From Verrucomicrobiota bacterium (lineage in GTDB: Bacteria > Verrucomicrobiota > Verrucomicrobiia > Verrucomicrobiales > Verrucomicrobiaceae), in the NCBI GenBank assembly GCA_043757085.1, contig JAYVQB010000084.1, positions 1 to 35,799 on the forward strand: a stretch of DNA of 35,799 bases. The letters run 5' to 3'. The notes beneath the pieces were generated by a model that saw only the letters and a program-made list of their open reading frames with translations, was not told the origin of the DNA and made no database searches. Below are positions 7,967 through 14,301 of the stretch, one piece after another. The stretch's first letter is position 1; each line of letters begins with the position of its first letter. A program made the position numbers and the translations under genes.

Positions 7967-10891
7967 ATGAAACAACTCGCCCAATATCAGGACGGTCGCC
8001 TTGAACTGCAAGAAGTGCCGCCGCCTATGCCGCCGCCTGGTGGCATTCTCGTGCGCACAACTTGTTCGGTGATCTCGCCAGGGACGGAGAAGATGAAGGT
8101 GGAGCAGGCGCGGATGTCGTTGTTGCAAAAGGCGAAGGCGAGACCAGACCAAGTGCGCAAGGTGATCGAGACGGCACGGACGCTCGGCTGGAAAGCCGCA
8201 ATGGAGAAAGTTCGTAATCGTCTTGAATCACCGACGCCCCTTGGTTACTCGGCAGCGGGTGTTGTGGTGGAGGTGGATGAGTTGAACACCCGATTCCGTG
8301 TCGGAGATCGCGTGGCCTGCGGTGGTGCAGAGTGTGCTTTTCACGCGGAGATGATCGCGGTGCCAGATTTGCTGGCGGCACCTATTCCCGATGGCGTTGA
8401 GGACTGGCAGGCGGCTTACACGACACTGGCCTCCATCTCAATGGAGGCCGTGCGCCAATCCAGTGTGCAACTCGGTGAACGAGTTCTTGTGATTGGGCAG
8501 GGGCTTGTCGGTTTGCTGGCGACGAATTTACTCAAAGCTGCTGGTGCCCGCGTGATGGCTGCGGATTATGTGCCGGAACGTTTGCATACCGCGCTGGCGA
8601 TGGGCGCGGAGCGTGTGGTGAATCCGGGTCAATCAAAACTTGAAGAGGAAGTTCGAGTATGGACAGATGGTCATGGCGTGGATGCAGTGTTGTTATGCAT
8701 GGGTGGGAAGGGTCGCGAGGCGGCGGACACGGCAATAGCCTGTCTGCGGGATCGCGGCGTCATGGTCATCGTGGGTATTTATGATGCGGAGCTGTCATGG
8801 AAAACGGCTTACATGAAAGACATTCAGGTGCGTTATTCGCGCAGTTACGGCCCGGGCCGTTACGATCCGCAGTATGAGTGGGGTGGACATGATTACCCCA
8901 TCGGCCATGTGCGCTGGACGGAGAACCGGAATTTTGAGGCATGCCTCGCTCTCATGCGCAGCGGGCAGATCAATCTCACGCCTGTGACGACGAGACACGC
9001 GAAGTTCGCAGACGCGATTTCGGTTTATGATGAGTTGATGCGCGAGGGAAATGCGGACATTGGAGTCGTGCTGGAATATTCTGGTAGCTCAGGTGTTTCA
9101 CCTGAGACAAGTCGAGCGGGCATCCTGCCCTCGGAGCAATCGGACAAAATGTCCGATGCACCCGCGACAAGCAAAATGCCCGTCCTACCTAATCGTTTAT
9201 TTATCCCCTACAACTCCCATCTTCACACTGACAAAGCGCGTAGAAACCTGCCGCACTGGGAGCAGGAAGGCGTTACTCACTTCGTCACGTTTCGACAGGC
9301 TGATGCCATTGCGCAATCGCGTTTCATAGAGTGGCGCGAAGAGCGCGAAGCGTGGCTGTCGCGACATCCCAAACCGTGGGATTATGCGACAGAAGAACTT
9401 TATCATCGTCTCTTCGAGGAGCGACAAGAACATTGGTTGGATGAAGGCGCGGGTTCCTGCTTGCTCGCGAATGAGGATGAAGCGCTGCTCGTGAAAAATG
9501 CGATGCATCACTTCGACGGCGAGCGCTACATTCTTGATGAATATGTCATCATGCCGAACCATGTGCATGTGCTGATCAAGCCATTGGGCGGACATGCACT
9601 TTCAGGCATCATGCACTCGTGGAAAAGTTTTACTTCCCGAGAAATCAAGAAGCGTTACGGCCTTGGGGAAGAACCATTTTGGCAGGCGGAACGGTTTGAT
9701 CATGCCATACGCAGTGATGGATCACTTGATGCCAAGCGGAAATACATCTGGCAGAATCCATCGGCAGCAAAGTTGCGCGCAGGATTTGTTTGCGGATGCG
9801 GCATCGGTGTTGTGTTGCAGGACAGTAGCTCAGGTGTTTCACCTGAGACATGTCATAAGGGCATTCTGCCCGTTACGGTCCCGGGCAAAATGCCCCCCCG
9901 ACTCGTCTCAGGTGATACACCTGAGCTACACGTCATTGGCGCGGGCAACTTCGCGCGAACCATGCTGCTGCCACATGTGAAAGGAAAGATTGCACTCGGC
10001 ACCATTGTGAATGCGACTGGGATTAGCGCGAAGCATGTAAAGGAAAAATTTGGATTCGCCGATGCTGAGACAGATTCATCAACGATTTTTTCAAGCAAGG
10101 GTAACGCCGTAATGATCGGCACGCGGCATCACCTTCATGCGCCGCTCGTGCTTGGCGGGCTGGCTGCAAACAAACACGTCTTCGTCGAGAAGCCGCTATG
10201 CCTCACGCGCGATGAACTCACGAAAATCGACACTGAAATGTCGTCCACGCAAGGCAGCGTAATGGTCGGCTTCAACCGACGTTTCGCTCCCGCGACCATC
10301 GCCTTGAAAAAATCATTGGGCGCGATCTCGGGGCCGAAAGCGCTGGCCTATCACGTCTTCGCCGGACCGCTCGCGCCGGATCACTGGTATGCGAATCTCG
10401 AAGAAAGCGGTGGCCGCATTCTCGGCGAAGCATGCCACTTCTTCGACTTCGCGTGCTTCATGCTGGAAGCCAAGCCGGTGCGCATAACTGCGCAGATGAT
10501 CGGCGCGGCACGCGGGCGCAATCAATTTCCTGATTCCATAACCGCGCAAGTTGAGTTCAGCGATGGTTCATCGTTTCAGTTAGTCTATTCCGCCGAGGGC
10601 GATTTTGCGTTTCCAAAAGAAACCTTCCGCATCTTCGCCGCCGGCCTGATTGCAGAGTGCGAGAATTTCCAAAGGCTAAGTTTGCATCAAAATAATAAGA
10701 CATCGGTGAAAAAATTCACTGGCAAAGGCCACGCCGAGGAAATAACCGCATGGCTCGCATTTCTCAACGGCTCCGCCGCGCATCCGCTACCCTATGAGCA
10801 GTCGCGGCAGAGCATGGCCCTCACGTTCGCGGCACTCGACTCCATTCGTGAAGGCCGTAGCATTGAGGTAGCAAGGGCGTCCCGCCCCTGA
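7967..10891 (+). CDS. Bi-domain oxidoreductase (MDR/Zn-alcohol-dehydrogenase-like N-domain + Gfo/Idh/MocA C-domain) carrying an in-frame RAYT transposase domain in the linker
   Basis: One uninterrupted frame (the track starts at TTG 7961; ATG 7967 gives MKQLAQY). The N-domain has VLVIGQGLVGLL (Rossmann). The C-domain has HVIGAGNFARTMLLPH and VFVEKPL (Gfo/Idh/MocA). The central ~280 aa form an HUH Y1 transposase (see the mobile element). The last 8 codons lie in a REP-like repeat. Confidence 0.8.
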   Translation: MKQLAQYQDGRLELQEVPPPMPPPGGILVRTTCSVISPGTEKMKVEQARMSLLQKAKARPDQVRKVIETARTLGWKAAMEKVRNRLESPTPLGYSAAGVVVEVDELNTRFRVGDRVACGGAECAFHAEMIAVPDLLAAPIPDGVEDWQAAYTTLASISMEAVRQSSVQLGERVLVIGQGLVGLLATNLLKAAGARVMAADYVPERLHTALAMGAERVVNPGQSKLEEEVRVWTDGHGVDAVLLCMGGKGREAADTAIACLRDRGVMVIVGIYDAELSWKTAYMKDIQVRYSRSYGPGRYDPQYEWGGHDYPIGHVRWTENRNFEACLALMRSGQINLTPVTTRHAKFADAISVYDELMREGNADIGVVLEYSGSSGVSPETSRAGILPSEQSDKMSDAPATSKMPVLPNRLFIPYNSHLHTDKARRNLPHWEQEGVTHFVTFRQADAIAQSRFIEWREEREAWLSRHPKPWDYATEELYHRLFEERQEHWLDEGAGSCLLANEDEALLVKNAMHHFDGERYILDEYVIMPNHVHVLIKPLGGHALSGIMHSWKSFTSREIKKRYGLGEEPFWQAERFDHAIRSDGSLDAKRKYIWQNPSAAKLRAGFVCGCGIGVVLQDSSSGVSPETCHKGILPVTVPGKMPPRLVSGDTPELHVIGAGNFARTMLLPHVKGKIALGTIVNATGISAKHVKEKFGFADAETDSSTIFSSKGNAVMIGTRHHLHAPLVLGGLAANKHVFVEKPLCLTRDELTKIDTEMSSTQGSVMVGFNRRFAPATIALKKSLGAISGPKALAYHVFAGPLAPDHWYANLEESGGRILGEACHFFDFACFMLEAKPVRITAQMIGAARGRNQFPDSITAQVEFSDGSSFQLVYSAEGDFAFPKETFRIFAAGLIAECENFQRLSLHQNNKTSVKKFTGKGHAEEITAWLAFLNGSAAHPLPYEQSRQSMALTFAALDSIREGRSIEVARASRP
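9084..9108 (+). repeat. REP-like unit: GTAG + 8-bp-stem hairpin (GTAG CTCAGGTG TTT CACCTGAG AC)
   Basis: Perfect 8-bp stem with a 3-nt loop preceded by GTAG. 25/25 identical to 9825-9849. Translated in the host frame as SSGVSPET. Confidence 0.9.
9118..9155 (+). repeat. Mini-hairpins GGGCA-TCC-TGCCC (9118-9130) and CGGACA-AAA-TGTCCG (9141-9155)
   Basis: Perfect 5- and 6-bp stems with 3-nt loops. Same family as 9859-9895, 11059-11073 and 12182-12196. A decayed copy (aGCAAAATGCCC) follows at about 9170-9181. Confidence 0.7.
9825..9849 (+). repeat. REP-like unit, second forward copy
   Basis: 25/25 identical to 9084-9108. Similarity continues imperfectly for about 22 more nt, into a GGGCA-N3-TGCCC hairpin. 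Confidence 0.9.
9859..9895 (+). repeat. Mini-hairpins GGGCA-TTC-TGCCC (9859-9871) and GGGCA-AAA-TGCCC (9883-9895)
   Basis: Two perfect 5-bp stems with 3-nt loops, lying between the forward and inverted REP copies. Confidence 0.75.
9905..9929 (-). repeat. REP-like unit, inverted copy
   Basis: GTCTCAGGTGATACACCTGAGCTAC is the reverse complement of the REP except for the loop (TAT vs TTT). Translated as SGDTPEL. Confidence 0.9.
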
Positions 10892-10920
10892 TCGGGCAAG
10901 GGCGAGATGCCCTTGCTACC
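10867..10920. repeat. GTAG-headed REP-like imperfect palindrome (GGTAGCAAGGGC ... GCCCTTGCTACC) spanning the oxidoreductase stop codon
   Basis: The 12-bp perfect outer arms 10867-10878 and 10909-10920 are inverted. The right half contains a tight hairpin, GCAAGGGC-gagat-GCCCTTGC (10896-10916). The TGA stop (10889-10891) lies inside the element. Confidence 0.8.
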
Positions 10921-10969
10921 CACGGCTTGCACGCACGACAATTCATGGCATCCTGAACCCGCCTCCATT

Positions 10970-11044
10970 GTCCCCGTAGTTCAATGGATAGAACGGTGGT
11001 TTCCTAAACCGCAAATTCAGGTTCGACTCCTGACGGGGACGCCA
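10970..11044 (+). tRNA. tRNA-Arg (anticodon CCT)
   Basis: Hand-folded cloverleaf: acceptor GTCCCCG/CGGGGAC, D-arm GTTC-AATGGATA-GAAC, anticodon arm GTGGT-TTCCTAA-ACCGC (anticodon CCT), variable loop AAAT, T-arm TCAGG-TTCGACT-CCTGA, discriminator G, encoded CCA. 75 nt in total. Confidence 0.9.
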
Positions 11045-11058
11045 CTCAAAACAATGCA

Positions 11059-11073
11059 CGGGCAAGATGCCCG
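11059..11073 (+). repeat. Mini-hairpin CGGGCA-AGA-TGCCCG
   Basis: Perfect 6-bp stem, same family as the hairpins flanking the RAYT. Lies between the tRNA and the heparinase-like gene. Confidence 0.7.
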
Positions 11074-11088
11074 CGCTCCCTTTATAAA

Positions 11089-12966
11089 ATGGCTGGCGCA
11101 CTTTGGTATTGGCATCGCTTCCGGGCCATGGGCGTGTCCGAGTTGTGGCATCGGATCATGGAGAAGGTCGGGAAGATCACGGAACCGTTCGCGCTGTCCG
11201 AAATCAGTGATGTGCACATCACACAAAAGGCCGCAAATTATCCGGCTCTGCCGTCGCGTGAGACTGCTCCGGTCTTGTTGAAACAAACGCTCGCGAATGA
11301 CGCGGCAAAGTTGCTCAATGGAAAATGGACGCTGTTTGGCTGGAAGGAAGTGCGGGTGTCCTCGCCGCCCGACTGGCATCGCGATTACATGCGAGGAGTG
11401 AGTGTTCCGAAGATTGGTGGAATTAATCATCGAACTCTGCCCGACGGAGCGGATGTCCGCGCGATCTGGGAGATTAATCGCTGGGCGGAACCTGTGCGGC
11501 TCGCGATGCATGGATGGTTGAACGATGATCCTCCTGCGATTCAGCGTGCTCAACAGTGGCTCGCTGACTGGGTAAAAGTGAACCCGGTGGGTGAAGGCAT
11601 CAACTGGACGAGTGCGCTTGAGGGGGGATTGCGATTGATTAATTTTTGCTGGTTTGATGCATTGGTATCGCAGATGGGGGAAAAGCAAAGTGATCTCGTG
11701 GATTCGATTGTTCCCGCACATGTCTGGTGGGTAAATCGCCATCTGTCATTTGGATCATCGGCAAACAATCATCGACTGGGAGAACTTGCGGGACTGTTGT
11801 TGGCGGTGAAACGCTGGCCTGAAATGGAACAATTTACTGACACGGCAGAGAGCCTTTGGAAACAGATCGCTGATTGCATTATGACTCAATTTGCCGAAGA
11901 CGGAGGCAATCGCGAACAGGCACTGCATTATCATTTGTTTGCCTACGAGATAGCACTTCATGCATGTAATGCGATGAAGGTGACAGAAGGACCTGTCATA
12001 GATCGCTTGCAACGCGCGGCAGATTTTTTTGTGCGTATGTCACATCCACAGGAATCTTGGGACTACGGCGATAATGATGATGCGCAGTTAGTCCCACTGA
12101 CGATGCATCGCGAGAAAGCCGCTGCGGAGTGGGGCGCGTGGATGCATGGTTGTGGCACAGGCTTGCAGCCTGTGTGTCCAACGGGCATTCTGCCCGATCA
12201 GGAGGGCGTTGGATTAAATTACTGGCTTCGCGGTGAGCACGGGCAGTATGCCCATGCTATACACAAGTCACAGACCTGTGCCACAGACTGGTGGATTGCG
12301 CCGCAATCTGGTATGGCTGTGATCGAGCGCGATGGCTGGAAACTGCGGGTCGATGCATCACCACTTGGTTTCGGCAAACTGGCCGCGCATGGTCACTGTG
12401 ACGCGATGCATGTTTCCATTTGGGATGGCGAAAACGCGCTGGTAATTGATCCGGGAACAGGCGGCTACTTCGGAGCGGAGGAACTTCGCACAGAGCTTGC
12501 TTCATGGAACGCTCACAATGGACCGCAGCCAGTCGAGGGTTTTAAAACGCCGCGACGGGCAGGGACGTTTTTGTGGGCATGCCCGCATTCGACACCTGAG
12601 ATTGATTGTGTAGGTGATGAAATACACGTCCGCTTTAGCAGCGAGGAGCATTGTTTTTCTAGAACAGTCCGCTTTATAGATGGAGTGAATCACGTGGCGG
12701 TATGGGACTTGGAATCAAACAAGAAAAAATTTAAAGTTCGCTGGCAAATTGCACCGGATCTAATCGTGCGCTCGATCGATTCAAGAATTGCATCGTTTGA
12801 GATTTCCAGAGGACGAAACATCTGGAGCATGTCAGTCATGAGTGAAGAAAAATTAGTTAATGTTACAACTGGAAGAACATCACGATTCTTCGGTGAAGAT
12901 GAACCTGGTTCTGTGATTGAGGTCGTTGCCCAGGGTTGGCTGCGAACGGAGTGGCATCGCCTCTAA
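11089..12966 (+). CDS. Heparinase II/III-family (alginate-lyase-fold) protein
   Basis: SSANNHRLGELAGLL (toroid-domain N-H motif) and AAHGHCDAMHVSIWDGENALVIDPGTGGY (Hepar_II_III C-terminal motif). This family is commonly paired with bi-domain oxidoreductases in glycan loci. Confidence 0.8.
   Translation: MAGALWYWHRFRAMGVSELWHRIMEKVGKITEPFALSEISDVHITQKAANYPALPSRETAPVLLKQTLANDAAKLLNGKWTLFGWKEVRVSSPPDWHRDYMRGVSVPKIGGINHRTLPDGADVRAIWEINRWAEPVRLAMHGWLNDDPPAIQRAQQWLADWVKVNPVGEGINWTSALEGGLRLINFCWFDALVSQMGEKQSDLVDSIVPAHVWWVNRHLSFGSSANNHRLGELAGLLLAVKRWPEMEQFTDTAESLWKQIADCIMTQFAEDGGNREQALHYHLFAYEIALHACNAMKVTEGPVIDRLQRAADFFVRMSHPQESWDYGDNDDAQLVPLTMHREKAAAEWGAWMHGCGTGLQPVCPTGILPDQEGVGLNYWLRGEHGQYAHAIHKSQTCATDWWIAPQSGMAVIERDGWKLRVDASPLGFGKLAAHGHCDAMHVSIWDGENALVIDPGTGGYFGAEELRTELASWNAHNGPQPVEGFKTPRRAGTFLWACPHSTPEIDCVGDEIHVRFSSEEHCFSRTVRFIDGVNHVAVWDLESNKKKFKVRWQIAPDLIVRSIDSRIASFEISRGRNIWSMSVMSEEKLVNVTTGRTSRFFGEDEPGSVIEVVAQGWLRTEWHRL
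12156..12196 (+). repeat. Double hairpin inside the heparinase-like CDS: CACAGGC-ttgca-GCCTGTG (12156-12174) + CGGGCA-TTC-TGCCCG (12182-12196)
   Basis: Two perfect stems (7 and 6 bp). GGGCATTCTGCCCG is 14/14 identical to 9859-9872 next to the RAYT. Translated in frame as GTGLQPVCPTGILPDQ. Confidence 0.75.
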
Positions 12967-12983
12967 ACTAAGAGTTGGTCAAA

Positions 12984-14285
12984 ATGAACATCTCCATTTT
13001 CGGTCTCGGATATGTCGGCGCAGTAACGGCGGGCTGTTTAGCAGAGCTTGGTCATCGCATTATCGGCGTGGATGTGCAGCTATTAAAGGTGGATGCGTTG
13101 AATGCAGGGGTGTCGCCTATAATTGAGCCGGGGCTGAATGAGTTATTACAGAGGGTAAGGCATGAAGATCGGTTGCGAGCGACGACTGATGCAGTCGAGG
13201 CTGTGAATGAATCAGAAGTGAGCATCATCTGCGTGGGCACGCCTTCGTTGGAGTCGGGACAATTGAATCTGGATCATGTTCGCAAGGTTTCGCGGCAGAT
13301 TGCGGAGGCGGTTATAAAGAAGGGTAACCCGCATGTGGTGATCTTCCGCAGCACGATGCTGCCCGGCAGCACGCGGGCGATGGCAGATGAATATTTTTCT
13401 GAACCGCGAATCACGACGATGTTGCGGATTTATCACAGTCCTGAGTTCTTGCGTGAAGGCACGGCGGTGCAGGATTTCCGTGAACCATCGCTGGCAGTGC
13501 TTGGAACGCACAATGGAAATAGCCCGCAAAGCGACGAGGCGTCGCTTCTGCTTGGAGGGAATCCTGCAGTGCTGACATGGGAGGGTGCAGAGATGATCAA
13601 ATACTCCTGCAATTATTTCCACGCGCTCAAGGTCGGCTTTGCCAACGAGATTGGCCGTCTGTGCAAACATCTCGGCGAGGACGGCGCGAGAGTGATGGAT
13701 GTGGTATGCGAGGATACCAAGCTGAATATCTCGCGCCAATACTTGCGACCGGGTAATCCGTTTGGTGGTTCGTGTTTGCCGAAGGATGTGAGTGCGCTGA
13801 AGTCGTTTGCGCGCGTGGAGGGCATCAGTTTGCCGCTCCTTGAAAATACCTTGGACACCAATCAGGCCCATCTCGACCAACTCATCAAACTTATCATCAG
13901 CAAAGATAAGCGGCGCATCGGTCTGCTGGGGCTTGCTTTCAAAGCAGATACTGACGACTTGCGAGGCAGTCCAATGGTGGCCGTGGCGGAGAGATTGCTC
14001 GGGCTTGGCTATGAACTTCACATCTATGATCCGCAGCTAAATATCGCACGCCTGATTGGCGCGAATGCGAATGAAATTCAACGACGCATGCCGCATCTGG
14101 CATCATTATTGAGGTCGAGCGTGCATGAAGTAATTGACAAATGTGATGTGATCGTGGCCGCGCAGAAGTGCGCAAGTCACGGTGAAATGCAGGCCTCGGC
14201 AAGGTCAGGGCAATGTGTCATTGATGTGAACGGTTGGTCCGAGCTAATGGATTTGCCGTGGAAATACGAAGGGATTTGTTGGTAA
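12984..14285 (+). CDS. algD: GDP-mannose 6-dehydrogenase (AlgD-like nucleotide-sugar dehydrogenase)
   Basis: MNISIFGLGYVGAVTAGCLAELGHRIIGVDV..., ...PEFLREGTA..., ...GGSCLPKDV..., ...LGLAFKADTDDLRGSP... and the C-terminal ...EGICW follow P. aeruginosa AlgD closely, as I remember it. ATG 12984 is preferred over the track's TTG 12975. Confidence 0.8.
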   Translation: MNISIFGLGYVGAVTAGCLAELGHRIIGVDVQLLKVDALNAGVSPIIEPGLNELLQRVRHEDRLRATTDAVEAVNESEVSIICVGTPSLESGQLNLDHVRKVSRQIAEAVIKKGNPHVVIFRSTMLPGSTRAMADEYFSEPRITTMLRIYHSPEFLREGTAVQDFREPSLAVLGTHNGNSPQSDEASLLLGGNPAVLTWEGAEMIKYSCNYFHALKVGFANEIGRLCKHLGEDGARVMDVVCEDTKLNISRQYLRPGNPFGGSCLPKDVSALKSFARVEGISLPLLENTLDTNQAHLDQLIKLIISKDKRRIGLLGLAFKADTDDLRGSPMVAVAERLLGLGYELHIYDPQLNIARLIGANANEIQRRMPHLASLLRSSVHEVIDKCDVIVAAQKCASHGEMQASARSGQCVIDVNGWSELMDLPWKYEGICW

Positions 14286-14301
14286 ACCAAAAGTATATAC
14301 T

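Larger units (their letters stand above)
9084..9929 (+). mobile_element. RAYT (REP-associated tyrosine transposase, IS200/IS605-like Y1 HUH) unit with flanking REP hairpins, 846 nt = 282 codons, in frame with the host gene
   Basis: NLPHWEQEGVTHFVTFR N-motif. HUH motif = HVH at 9560-9568 (MPNHVHVLI). Catalytic-Tyr motif KYIWQNP (Tyr codon 9743-9745). Bounded by 25-nt GTAG+hairpin repeats at 9084-9108 (forward) and 9905-9929 (inverted). No stop codon of its own; candidate internal ATGs at 9149 and 9176. Confidence 0.75.

Noticed and set aside
9084-9097. GTAGCTCAGGTG resembles the 5' acceptor/D-arm of a tRNA (GTAGCTCAGxTGG)
   Set aside because: No cloverleaf can be built. The sequence pairs with itself as a simple 8-bp hairpin and recurs as a repeat.
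9084-9929. Could the three 25-nt repeats be a small CRISPR array?
   Set aside because: There are only three copies and one is inverted. The spacers are wildly unequal (716 and 55 nt). The long spacer encodes a transposase domain, and the repeats are GTAG+hairpin REPs. This is not CRISPR.
10867-10920. The palindrome after the oxidoreductase gene as a rho-independent terminator
   Set aside because: No T/U-run follows the stem, and the element contains the stop codon. It is better explained as a REP-type repeat.
10907-11281. 124-aa ORF spanning the tRNA-Arg gene and the start of the heparinase-like gene
   Set aside because: It overlaps a well-folded tRNA and the REP-like hairpins (giving GQDARAP-type peptides) and runs out of frame into a recognisable gene. 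It is spurious.
12153-12167. Sigma-54-like promoter TGGCAC-aggc-TTGCA inside the heparinase-like gene
   Set aside because: The GG-to-GC spacing is one nucleotide too short relative to TGGCAC-N5-TTGC. The site is inside a CDS and is part of a hairpin repeat. The neighbouring EBP-like regulator also lacks GAFTGA.
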